Assembly: GCA_021786945.1 (NCBI GenBank)
Contig: JAJYMK010000001.1
Coordinates: forward strand, 64,794-128,793
Length of the DNA: 64,000 nucleotides
Direction of reading: 5' to 3'
DNA from: a bacterium
Lineage (GTDB): Bacteria; Patescibacteriota; Minisyncoccia; UBA6257; 02-FULL-45-10c
Positions 46,887 through 56,328 of the stretch are shown here, piece after piece (position 1 is the first letter of the stretch; every line of letters begins with the position of its first letter). Position numbers and translations under genes: made by a program. The notes beneath the pieces are model-generated. The model ran no database searches, was not told the origin of the DNA, and saw nothing but the letters and a program-made list of their open reading frames with translations.

Positions 46887-48227
46887 TTAAAGTTCATAAG
46901 TTTTTCCAAGTTCTGGAATTTCAGCGTGAACAGCAAGTTCATCAGTAATTTTTTGTACCAAGACCGGAGCACCCTCTTCATCTCCTTGAACTACAAAAAC
47001 TTTTTTCAGATTGAGTCTCATTGGATCTATCCAGGCCAAAAGCTGTTTTTGATCGGCATGAGCCGAATAACTTTCAATGGCCACTACTTTACATTTTATA
47101 GGAATTTCTTCTCCATGAATTTTTACCATTGGCTCACCCTCCAAAATTCGCCTTCCTAGTGATCCTTTGGTCTGGTATCCAACAAATAAAATGATACTTT
47201 TGGGATCGGATAAATACCTCATTTCGTGATGAAGGATTCTTCCGCCTTGGGACATTCCAGAACCAGCAATTATAACTTTAGGAGCAGGAACAGAATTTAT
47301 ATTTTTTGATTCTTCCGTTGTAAGAGTCTTGGTTAAACAACAAAAATCAAAAAGCAGGTAATGCTCCTTCATCTCTTTTACTGTTTCGGCGTTAAAATAA
47401 TCTTTATATTTTTTATAAATATCGGTTACCTCTATAGCCAGCGGGCTATCTAAATACACCGGAACTTTTGGAATTCTTTCCTCTCCAAAAAGATCATGCA
47501 TTTCATAAAGTATTTTTTGAGTTCGCTCCATGGCAAAAGCCGGAATCATTAAAACACCTTTTTGTCGCGCTACATCTTCAATTAAATCTTCGATAACCCC
47601 CTCCCTTGCAGGTTCATGAATTCTGGCGCCGTATGCGGATTCAATAACGCAATAATCAGCAACATCAAGATAATCCGTGCCTTTAATTATAGGCGGTGGA
47701 TTATTGCCTAAATCACCGGTAAAAGCAATTTTTTTGCCATCGGCTTCAAGCACTATAATACTAGAGCCCAAAATATGTCCGGCGTTATAAAAAGTTATTT
47801 TTATATTTCCTATATTGAAATCTCTGTAATACTCAACTCCTTCCCAACGCAACATCAATTTTAAAACATCGTCGGCCAGATACAACGGCTCTCTTTTATG
47901 TTTTTCGGCTTCTTTGTGCAAAATAGTTTCTGAATCAAGCAAGAGAAGTTCGGCAAAATCTTTTGTCGGCGGAGTAGAATACACCTTTCCCTCAAAACCA
48001 TTTCTCAATAAATAAGGTAATCTGCCGGTATGATCTATATGTGCATGAGTTACCAAAACCGCGGAAATTTCTTTAGGGTTATAAGGAAATGGATCCCAGT
48101 TTGACTCATCGGCAAAAGCGCCGCTTTGCTTTAATCCACAATCAATTAAAATTTTTGTATCTCCGCTCTCTACCAAATAATTCGCACCCGTAACTTCTTT
48201 TACTGCGCCGCAAAAAGTTAGTTTCAT
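46887..48227 (-). CDS. MBL-fold beta-CASP RNA-specific metallo-hydrolase
   Basis: THAHIDHTGRLP, AGHILGS, GSGM..GGR and SAHAD motifs. Confidence 0.92.
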   Translation of the reverse strand: MKLTFCGAVKEVTGANYLVESGDTKILIDCGLKQSGAFADESNWDPFPYNPKEISAVLVTHAHIDHTGRLPYLLRNGFEGKVYSTPPTKDFAELLLLDSETILHKEAEKHKREPLYLADDVLKLMLRWEGVEYYRDFNIGNIKITFYNAGHILGSSIIVLEADGKKIAFTGDLGNNPPPIIKGTDYLDVADYCVIESAYGARIHEPAREGVIEDLIEDVARQKGVLMIPAFAMERTQKILYEMHDLFGEERIPKVPVYLDSPLAIEVTDIYKKYKDYFNAETVKEMKEHYLLFDFCCLTKTLTTEESKNINSVPAPKVIIAGSGMSQGGRILHHEMRYLSDPKSIILFVGYQTKGSLGRRILEGEPMVKIHGEEIPIKCKVVAIESYSAHADQKQLLAWIDPMRLNLKKVFVVQGDEEGAPVLVQKITDELAVHAEIPELGKTYEL

Positions 48228-48230
48228 AAA

Positions 48231-49454
48231 TTATATTTCTATTTTAATTTCATTTAAAATTTCTTTTATTATTTCCCTTTCACTCCAGGGGATTTTTTTG
48301 CCTTTCGCAAGTCTCATATATGGCTCCGATCCCTTTCCGGTTACAATCACCATATCTCCCTTTTTTGCGGAAACAATAGCCTCCCTAATAGCATCTTTTC
48401 TGTCTATAATTTTTTTAAATTTCTTATTATAAGAAGATTTTTTTATGCCGTCGGCAATCTGTTCGATAATCATTTCGGGATCATCGTCAAAAGGATCCTC
48501 GTTGGTTAATAAAATATCATCACAATATTTCGAAGCTATCTCTCCCATAACCGGCCTCTTCCATGAATCACGCCCTCCGCCGGCGCAACCCAAAACACAA
48601 ATCATCCTTCCCCCTCTTTTTTTGGAAGAAATATTCTTTTTTACCGCCTGATAAACTTTTTCCAAAGAATCCGGCGTGTGAGCATAATCAATCACGATAG
48701 AAAAAGGGTCTTTTTGAATAAATTCCAAACGGCCGGGCACTCCATCAAAATTCTCAATTACGTTTTTAATTATATCCCAGTCAATATTTTGACTTCGGCA
48801 AAAAGAAACAGCCGCAGCGATATTTTCTAAATTAAAATCACCTAGAAGTTTTATCCTCCACTTCATTCTGCTTAAATCATCTTTGTTATAAAAAATAGTT
48901 TTTCCCGTACCGGCTACTGCATCTGCGAACATCTGATTATCCTTGGCTCCACTATTTATAAAAAACAATTTATGTTTTTTATTTGAATGGATTCCGATAT
49001 TTTTAAAAAAACTTATTTTACTGCCACGATAATTTTCAAAAGATCCATGAGATTCAATATGTTCCGGCTGAAGATTGGTTAATAACCCCGCATCAAAATT
49101 TATGAAACGGTCTCTGTACTGAACCACTCCTTGAGAAGTAACTTCTATAAAAGCGTACTGACAATCTTTGTCTACGGCTTCACGCAAAAATTTCTGTATA
49201 AAAAGCCTTCCGGGCATAGTCATGCCGGTCCGATTCTCTTTCTCTTCAACCCCAATTTTGAATCTTACAGAAGAAACTATAGCCGTTCTTTTTCCGGCGG
49301 CTTCCATAATGGCATTAATAAGCTCGGTTACCGTGGATTTTCCTTTGGTACCGGTAACACCAAGAACAAAAATATCTTTAGAGGGATTTCTAAAGATAAT
49401 GCTTCCGAGCCAAGCAAGACCAAAATGATACATTTTTTTTAATTTTTTAAACAT
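48231..49454 (-). CDS. murE: UDP-N-acetylmuramyl-tripeptide synthetase (MurE-like, lacks the N-terminal domain)
   Basis: GVTGTKGKS, EVTS, DYAHTPD, GG.RD..KRP.MG and GKGSE motifs. Confidence 0.8.
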   Translation of the reverse strand: MFKKLKKMYHFGLAWLGSIIFRNPSKDIFVLGVTGTKGKSTVTELINAIMEAAGKRTAIVSSVRFKIGVEEKENRTGMTMPGRLFIQKFLREAVDKDCQYAFIEVTSQGVVQYRDRFINFDAGLLTNLQPEHIESHGSFENYRGSKISFFKNIGIHSNKKHKLFFINSGAKDNQMFADAVAGTGKTIFYNKDDLSRMKWRIKLLGDFNLENIAAAVSFCRSQNIDWDIIKNVIENFDGVPGRLEFIQKDPFSIVIDYAHTPDSLEKVYQAVKKNISSKKRGGRMICVLGCAGGGRDSWKRPVMGEIASKYCDDILLTNEDPFDDDPEMIIEQIADGIKKSSYNKKFKKIIDRKDAIREAIVSAKKGDMVIVTGKGSEPYMRLAKGKKIPWSEREIIKEILNEIKIEI

Positions 49455-50025
49455 TTTTCAAAATTTTCAGAGCAGCTTTTATTCTGTCCTCTATATTTTT
49501 AATTTTCGAATCAACCTTTGAAATAGCCTGTTTGGCCTGAGCTTTGGTATATCCAAGATTTTGCAAAACATCCATTATATCGGAATCCGATTCCATTATT
49601 CCGGCAATTTCACCGGAATCAATCTGGCCAAACTTTCCTTTAAGCTCTACAACTACTCTTTCTGCGGTCTTTTTTCCGATTCCCGAAGCCTTAGTCAGCA
49701 AATCTACTCTGCCCTCGTTAATTGCCGCCATCAACCTCTCTGCTGTATCAATATTTAATATATTTAAAGCTGTTTTTGGACCAACACCGTTAACGCTAAG
49801 TAATTTTTCAAAAAATTCTAATTCAGGTTTGCTGAAAAATCCATAAATATCCCAAGCATCTTCTTTAATGTGCAGATGTGTAAAAATATTGATTATATTT
49901 CCGGCTTCGGGTAGGGATTTTAAAGTTGTAGCTGACACAAAAATCTGTAAACCAAATCCGCTGGTTTCCAGAATAAAATAATTTTCTTTTTTCTGAATTA
50001 ATTTTCCGGTTAAATAATAAAGCAT
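49447..50025 (-). CDS. ruvA: Holliday junction branch migration protein RuvA
   Basis: V.GVGPKTA, GIGKKTAER and LGY motifs. Confidence 0.95.
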   Translation of the reverse strand: MLYYLTGKLIQKKENYFILETSGFGLQIFVSATTLKSLPEAGNIINIFTHLHIKEDAWDIYGFFSKPELEFFEKLLSVNGVGPKTALNILNIDTAERLMAAINEGRVDLLTKASGIGKKTAERVVVELKGKFGQIDSGEIAGIMESDSDIMDVLQNLGYTKAQAKQAISKVDSKIKNIEDRIKAALKILKNV

Positions 50026-50151
50026 AGAAAAATACTATTTATTTAATTATAGTTTAATTCCTTCAAAATAAAAAATTAATATTGACAATCAATATTATTA
50101 ATTACAGTATTTATTTAGTAGAAGTTCTTTAATAATCAATGAGGAGATATT

Positions 50152-51384
50152 ATGAGATTCATAAAAATAATGACGTCTCGGGGAATCCCCTTGTATGCCT
50201 GCTATCTGCCCCATGCCAAAAGCGTCACAACGAGCGTGGTGGTGAAAGTTGGCATGTGTAATGAGCTCTGGCCCCAGGAAGCCGGGCTTGCTCACGCCAT
50301 GGAACATATGGTTTTCCGCGGTACCGAAGATTTTGCCGATAGCCAGAAAATATCGGCATATATCGAAAATACCGGCGGATGGCTGAATGCCTATACATCA
50401 AGAAACTATACCTACTTCCAAAACCAGCTTCCGTATATGCATCTCGAAAAAGGAATTCATTCCCTTAGCCAGCTGGTCAGAAAACCGCTGCTCCGGCCCA
50501 AAGATATAAAGGCCGAAATGCAGGCGGTTATACAGGAGATTAAGCAACGCAATGACGATCCCAGCGAAGTGCTTTTCGACGAATTCGTCAATGAATCTTT
50601 CAGGGGCCACCCCCTCGGAAGAGACATATTGGGAACGGAAAAATCGGTGCTCGGCTTTAAAAATGCCGATTTCAAAAATTGGCAAAATAAATATTACCGG
50701 CCGGAAAACTTCATGTTTTTCATTGTCGGCAATTTTAAGCTCAGCGAAGCAAAAAAACTCTTCGAGAAATATTTTCCGGAAAATGCTTCAGGAAGAGTTC
50801 TTGCAAGGCCCGACGCTGTCATAGTTCCAGTAAAAAAAGTAAGGCAAATTTGCCGAGATACGGAGCAAGCTCATTTAGCGATAGGGACAATCGTCCCTAA
50901 AGCCGAGGATCTCGACTCGATGCCGCTGCTTGTTTTTCAACAGATGATAGGCGGGGGTATGTCATCACCTCTTTTTCAGGAAGTAAGAGAAAAAAGAGGA
51001 TTGGCATATTCCGTACATGCCTGCCACTGGCTGTATGCTCAATTAGGCCTCTTCTTTATCTATGTCGGAACTGATCCGAAAAAGACAGAAGAAGCCGCAA
51101 GAGTAAGCCTTCAGGTAATTAAAAAATATAAAAACTCATCTAAGCTAATGAAATTGGCTAAAGAAATGTTGATCGGGGAACTAAATTTAGCCATGGATAA
51201 TCCAAAGAAAGTGCTTGGTGCGGCAATCGAAGAGCTCAGCCTTTTCGGCAAGATATACTCCTTAAAAGAAAGGGTCGAAAGAATAAAGGCCGTGACAATC
51301 GGGCAGATATCAAAGGCGGTAGAAAAATATCTGCTGAACGAAAACCGGCGCGTTACCCTCATACTTGGCCCCAAAACCAAGTAA
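50152..51384 (+). CDS. M16 family zinc peptidase
   Basis: GLAHAMEHMVFRGT (HxxEH), NAYT and LFQEVREKRGLAY motifs. Confidence 0.92.
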   Translation: MRFIKIMTSRGIPLYACYLPHAKSVTTSVVVKVGMCNELWPQEAGLAHAMEHMVFRGTEDFADSQKISAYIENTGGWLNAYTSRNYTYFQNQLPYMHLEKGIHSLSQLVRKPLLRPKDIKAEMQAVIQEIKQRNDDPSEVLFDEFVNESFRGHPLGRDILGTEKSVLGFKNADFKNWQNKYYRPENFMFFIVGNFKLSEAKKLFEKYFPENASGRVLARPDAVIVPVKKVRQICRDTEQAHLAIGTIVPKAEDLDSMPLLVFQQMIGGGMSSPLFQEVREKRGLAYSVHACHWLYAQLGLFFIYVGTDPKKTEEAARVSLQVIKKYKNSSKLMKLAKEMLIGELNLAMDNPKKVLGAAIEELSLFGKIYSLKERVERIKAVTIGQISKAVEKYLLNENRRVTLILGPKTK

Positions 51385-51391
51385 AACCAAT

Positions 51392-51428
51392 AATCCCCAT
51401 TCCGGCTAAACGGAATGGGGATTTTTTT
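51392..51428 (+). terminator. Intrinsic terminator
   Basis: AATCCCCATTCCG-gctaaa-CGGAATGGGGATTTTTTT. Confidence 0.8.
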
Positions 51429-51480
51429 ATTATTAGTTGACTGAAAGTCACTTTTACTATATTCTATTAACTATAATTTT

Positions 51481-51738
51481 ATGATTACTAAATCAGCCCA
51501 AAAAGCTTATAGGCAGAATTTAAAGAGAAAGGCTCATAACGCCAAACAAAAAATAGCGCTCAAGAAGCTTATTAAGGAATACAAGAAATTGGTTTCCTCC
51601 AAAGAATTGGCTAAAGCCAAAGAAAAGCTCTCCGCCGTATATAAAGCCTTAGATAAAGCGGCCAAAACAAATCTTATCAAGAAAAATACAGCTTCAAGAT
51701 TGAAATCCCGCCTTACAAAATCAGCAAATAAAAAATAA
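51481..51738 (+). CDS. rpsT: 30S ribosomal protein S20
   Basis: KSAQKA.RQ and LDKAAK...IKKNTASRLKSRL motifs. Confidence 0.93.
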   Translation: MITKSAQKAYRQNLKRKAHNAKQKIALKKLIKEYKKLVSSKELAKAKEKLSAVYKALDKAAKTNLIKKNTASRLKSRLTKSANKK

Positions 51739-51756
51739 CCCACAAGGGTTATTTTT

Positions 51757-52560
51757 TTAGTTAAGCATCATATCTAGTAAGGCCTCCTCGTAATCCAGCT
51801 TTCCTGTTTTTATGGCAACATCATAATCGGCCATATCTATTTTTTGCTCCCTGCTTAAATATGGAGATGCTGCAGATATATTGAAAATCATCGCCGGATC
51901 AACCCCGCGCCTAAAAAGATCTTCCAAAAATCTTAATTTCTCGCCAACACTATAACTAGTCCTTATTTTATTGAGCTGGCTGAATATGTCGATATCGGGC
52001 AATAAATCCATATGTTTCTCCAGAATCTTAACGTCAATTTTCTTTTCGTTAAGAAGGGCCAGTTTATCAAGTTCGGAAATCAAATTCCAAATATTTTGCC
52101 CGCATGAAGCTAGAAGGAGCTCCCTGCTTTTTATATCCAATTCAATTCCTCTTTTTTTTATTTCCAAATCCAAGAATTTATTTAGCTCCACACCCTCCAA
52201 ATTATCAAAACTATGCGTAATAGCCGGTTTTTTCAGCAAAAAAGAAAAATCTTTTGTTGGTTTTTTGTCGCTGTTTAAAATTAAGGTAATATCTTTATTT
52301 TCAAGATTATTTTTTATTAACACAGTAAATTCTTTCAGTTCCGATTTAGATAAATCCATAAAATTAAACACAATTCCCAGTTTGGAAGCTTCAAAGAGAG
52401 ACATAGATTTACAAAAATTTTTAAAACCTTCCCAATCCTCATTTTTATCCAAATAAAAAACCTGCGAAGCCCCGGAAAATTTGCTTTTATACCTTTCTAT
52501 ATATTCGTTTATTTTTTCACGGCGCCTGTAAGAATCCGGGCCATATAAATAAATAATCAT
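51757..52560 (-). CDS. holA: DNA polymerase III delta subunit
   Basis: YLYG.D, MSLF and ELDKL motifs; adjacent to rpsT. Confidence 0.75.
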   Translation of the reverse strand: MIIYLYGPDSYRRREKINEYIERYKSKFSGASQVFYLDKNEDWEGFKNFCKSMSLFEASKLGIVFNFMDLSKSELKEFTVLIKNNLENKDITLILNSDKKPTKDFSFLLKKPAITHSFDNLEGVELNKFLDLEIKKRGIELDIKSRELLLASCGQNIWNLISELDKLALLNEKKIDVKILEKHMDLLPDIDIFSQLNKIRTSYSVGEKLRFLEDLFRRGVDPAMIFNISAASPYLSREQKIDMADYDVAIKTGKLDYEEALLDMMLN

Positions 52561-52571
52561 CTTTTAAAAAT

Positions 52572-53489
52572 TTATAATTTTTGGCAAACCGGGCAAAAAT
52601 GAGCCGATCGGCCGCCAATTTTTTTTCTGACAATTATACCGCCATCATTTCTAAGGCATTTTTCTCCCTCGCGCTGATAAGCCAGCATAACCCTGCCATA
52701 ATCACCTTTTTTTCCGGCAGTGTCCCTGAAGTCACTAATAGAACTACCTCTTAATTTTATGGCTTTATTCAAAATTATCCTAATCGCCTTAAAAAGCTCC
52801 TTAAGCTCCGCTTCGGAAATTTTATTGGCCGGCTTAAAAGGATTTATCCTCGCCAGCCATAAAATATCGTCGGAATAAATATTTCCTATTCCGGCAATAA
52901 CTTTAGGATTCATAAGAACTTGTTTTGTTTTTCCGGTTTTTGAAGAAATTATTTCCCTAAAATCATTAAATTTAAAATTTTTATCCAGCGGTTCCGGACC
53001 GAGCTCTTTAAGCTCCGGCAAATTTTCCAAATCCTGTTTTTTACCCAAAATAATTTTTGCAAATTTACGTACATCAGAAAGACCAAGCATCTTACCGCCA
53101 CTCAGATAAAAAATAACGTGGATGAATCTATTGTAAGGATCTTTTGATATATCATCCGAGCCCATTGCCACTGCCCTACCGCTAACTATTTTCCAGTTTC
53201 CAACCAACAAATGCCCGGTCATTTTCTGATGAATCAGCATCATATAACCACAAGACAAATCCAAAAGAAGGTTTTTAGCGCGGCGACGAGCTTTCAGAAT
53301 TTTTTTACCTTTTATAAATTTCTCAAAATACTTTAGCTCCGGTTTTTTTACTAATTTTAAAACACCGTTTTTATTTTCTAAGAAATTCAAATGCTTCGGC
53401 CAATCCAGCCATACTTTCAATACCCTTTTTCCTAAAATTTTTTTATTCAAATCATCCGCGATGGTTTGAACTTCCGGTAATTCCGGCAT
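52572..53489 (-). CDS. mutM: Formamidopyrimidine-DNA glycosylase
   Basis: MPELPEV, H..MTG, D.RKF, GIGNIY and a C-terminal zinc finger. Confidence 0.95.
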   Translation of the reverse strand: MPELPEVQTIADDLNKKILGKRVLKVWLDWPKHLNFLENKNGVLKLVKKPELKYFEKFIKGKKILKARRRAKNLLLDLSCGYMMLIHQKMTGHLLVGNWKIVSGRAVAMGSDDISKDPYNRFIHVIFYLSGGKMLGLSDVRKFAKIILGKKQDLENLPELKELGPEPLDKNFKFNDFREIISSKTGKTKQVLMNPKVIAGIGNIYSDDILWLARINPFKPANKISEAELKELFKAIRIILNKAIKLRGSSISDFRDTAGKKGDYGRVMLAYQREGEKCLRNDGGIIVRKKIGGRSAHFCPVCQKL

Positions 53490-53506
53490 ATAAATTTATA
53501 TTTAAT

Positions 53507-54835
53507 TTACTCTCCGTAAACTATCTCTTTCTGAGGAACTAAAGCAGGGTCAGTGGGTAGGGTGAAGTAAAAAGTAGTACCTCTATTAACCTCGGATTCA
53601 ACACCTATATCTCCTCCATGCCTTCTAATAATATTTCTAGTTATATAAAGACCTAAACCAGAGCCGGTTGTTTCTTTAGTTAAAGCGCTGCTAGATCTGA
53701 AAAACTTACCGAATAATTTCTTAAGATCTTCCGGGGGGATACCGACGCCCGTATCTTTTACGCCTACCTGAACATAGGGCCTGTCTTTAACTCTTCTCAC
53801 CGAAACAGTCACCTGTCCATTAGCGGTATTATATTTAATAGCATTATCCAAAAGATTGGAAACAGCCATGCCCAATTTTGTGGGGTCGCCATATATTTCA
53901 ACGCTTTTTTCCTCTCCGGGATCAAAATAGACATTTACATTATATTGTTTGGCGATAGCCTCCGCCTGAGAAAGCAAAGAAGAGAAGAATTTTATAAGAT
54001 CGAAATTTTGAAAATTATACCCGAATCTTCCCTCTTCAATTTTTGAAACATTAAGTAAATCTTCAACAACCTTCAATAAATTTGCTGAAGCGGCAGCACC
54101 CATCCTAACCACATCCTGCTGACTATCGCTAAGACTCTCTCCTTTTAAAGTTTCAAAAACCCAACCTACGGCAGCGAGAGGGGTCCTAAGCTGATGCGCG
54201 GCAACTGTAATAAAATCGCTTTTTGATTTAATGAGCTCAACCTCCCTGGTCCTATCTCTTACAACCTTGAGAAAGCCGAAAACTTTTCCGTTTTCATCCA
54301 ATAATCTGCTGGTGGTAACTCTCAATTCCAATCTTGGATCATCAAAAGAAATATCAATAACCTGAGGATAAATACCTTGCTCGGAACGCCTTACAACCGT
54401 CGGCGCCAAAGAAGGATAAATAACTTGAGCTAAAATTTTATATTCACGCTCTTTTATGTTTTCTATAGTAACTATATGTCCAATAGCATTATTTTGGCTG
54501 ATTCCAAAAATTTCTTCTGCGGCTTTATTGAAAATCAAAACCTTAAAATCAACGTCGTAAACAACTAATCCATCTCCAATACTAGAAATAATATTATTCA
54601 ATCTAGATCTTTCAATACCGACATTTAAATTTAGTTTGGCCGCTCTCAAATTATTGAAAAAAACTAAAAAACCAATACAAAGCAAGACAATAAAAATAAC
54701 CAAACGCCACAATAAAATCTGCACGAACAAAAAATCGATGAACAGAATAACTAATAAAAGCAAAATAAATATCCAGAGCATTCTCATCTCCGGCATTTTT
54801 AAATATTCCTTAAAATTTTTGAAAAAATCGTTCAT
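53507..54835 (-). CDS. PAS sensor histidine kinase
   Basis: Two TM segments, PAS, AHQLRTPL, NLLDNAIKY, DTGVG and GSGLGL motifs. Confidence 0.92.
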   Translation of the reverse strand: MNDFFKNFKEYLKMPEMRMLWIFILLLLVILFIDFLFVQILLWRLVIFIVLLCIGFLVFFNNLRAAKLNLNVGIERSRLNNIISSIGDGLVVYDVDFKVLIFNKAAEEIFGISQNNAIGHIVTIENIKEREYKILAQVIYPSLAPTVVRRSEQGIYPQVIDISFDDPRLELRVTTSRLLDENGKVFGFLKVVRDRTREVELIKSKSDFITVAAHQLRTPLAAVGWVFETLKGESLSDSQQDVVRMGAAASANLLKVVEDLLNVSKIEEGRFGYNFQNFDLIKFFSSLLSQAEAIAKQYNVNVYFDPGEEKSVEIYGDPTKLGMAVSNLLDNAIKYNTANGQVTVSVRRVKDRPYVQVGVKDTGVGIPPEDLKKLFGKFFRSSSALTKETTGSGLGLYITRNIIRRHGGDIGVESEVNRGTTFYFTLPTDPALVPQKEIVYGE

Positions 54836-54836
54836 T

Positions 54837-56327
54837 TTATTTAATCTCTCCCCAAGTTTTACCCGTTTCTACCGATACTTTAAGCGGAACCGAGAGTTTA
54901 AAAGCGGATTCCATTATTTCCGAAATGTCCGCCCTTACTTTTTTTATTATATCACTTTTAACTTCAAATAATAATTCGTCATGAATAGTAAGGAGCATCC
55001 GAACTTGGTCGTTATTCCAGCCTCTTTTTACTAAATAATCATAAACTTTTACCATCGAAATTTTTAAAATATCGGCAGCCAGGCTCTGTACGGGCATATT
55101 TATAGCTTCACGTTCAGACTGAGAAGCCAAAAATTGGGAGCTTGAAATAATATTCAGAAGCCATCGCCTTCGGCCGTTCAAATTAGAAACAAAACAGTTT
55201 TTCCTGGCCTCCTCTTTAACTTTTTCCTGCCATTTTTTGATTTCCTTAAAATCATCAAAATATTCTGCTATAAATTTCTTGGCTTCGGCAGCCGGCAATC
55301 CGCTGGCTTTGGCAAAAGCCACAAAACCCATACCATAAACAACTCCAAAATTAAGAGTTTTGGCGAAACTTCTCATTTCCGGAGTCACCTTATCAAGCGG
55401 TACGTTATTTACCTGGGCAGCCGTCATTTTATGAATATCCAAATCTCTCTTAAAAGCATCTATCATTTTTGGGTCTCCGGACAATGATGCCAAAACCCTA
55501 AGTTCAATTTGAGAATAATCGAAAGAAATAAATTCGTATCCTTTTTCCGCCTCAAAACAACCCCTGAATTTATCCGAAAGTTCGGTTCCGCCGGGAATGT
55601 TCTGCATGTTAGGATTTTCGGAACTCAAACGGCCGGTCACCGTCCCCGTCTGCAAATAATTAGTATGAATTCTTCCGTCTTTAGCCACCAATTCCTGAAA
55701 AGGCTTTATATAAGTAGATTGAAGTTTAAAAATTTCACGGTATTCCAAAATTAGTCCAATGATTTCATGTTCGTTTTTAAGCGCCTCTAAAGTTTCTATG
55801 TTTGTTGAAATTGCGCCCGTAGAAGTTTTCTTCAAACCTTTAATACTGATATTGAGCTTATTAAACAATATATCCGAAAGCTGTTTTGGAGAGTTGATAT
55901 TAAAAATTTCCCCGGCCTCCTTATATATTTTTTGTACCAGCTCACTTATTTTTTTACTGATTTGTTTATCCAAGTCCGCTAACTTCTTTTTGTTTAGTCC
56001 TATACCGTTTATTTCCATATCGGCCAAAACTTTGAGAAGCGGCATTTCAAGATCGTAAAAAACATGCTTCATTTCAAACTCCGCCAATTTATCTTCCGCA
56101 TACTTTTTCAACTCTTCTAAAACTTCTTCGGAAAAACCTTGTCCTGAACTCGTCGAAGGATCAAATTCTTTATGTAAATATTTAGGTACCAAATATTCAC
56201 CCGTATATTCTTTTTCGTCGGGATTTATAAGCCAAAAAGCTATTCCTAAATCAAAAATTTCTGCCGGAATAGGCTTATTTTTTTTCTTCAATTCCTTTAT
56301 TTTTTCCTTCAAATTAAAACCAATCAT
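54837..56327 (-). CDS. polA: DNA polymerase I, polymerase domain (split gene)
   Basis: TGRLSS.NPNMQNIP, DYSQIELR, AKTLNFG..YG and IHDEL motifs. Confidence 0.92.
   Translation of the reverse strand: MIGFNLKEKIKELKKKNKPIPAEIFDLGIAFWLINPDEKEYTGEYLVPKYLHKEFDPSTSSGQGFSEEVLEELKKYAEDKLAEFEMKHVFYDLEMPLLKVLADMEINGIGLNKKKLADLDKQISKKISELVQKIYKEAGEIFNINSPKQLSDILFNKLNISIKGLKKTSTGAISTNIETLEALKNEHEIIGLILEYREIFKLQSTYIKPFQELVAKDGRIHTNYLQTGTVTGRLSSENPNMQNIPGGTELSDKFRGCFEAEKGYEFISFDYSQIELRVLASLSGDPKMIDAFKRDLDIHKMTAAQVNNVPLDKVTPEMRSFAKTLNFGVVYGMGFVAFAKASGLPAAEAKKFIAEYFDDFKEIKKWQEKVKEEARKNCFVSNLNGRRRWLLNIISSSQFLASQSEREAINMPVQSLAADILKISMVKVYDYLVKRGWNNDQVRMLLTIHDELLFEVKSDIIKKVRADISEIMESAFKLSVPLKVSVETGKTWGEIK
56139..56160 (-). 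repeat. PSTSSG-type short element in frame within polA
   Basis: Minus strand TCCTTCGACGAGTTCAGGACAA, encoding PSTSSGQ. Confidence 0.55.
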
Positions 56328-56328
56328 G

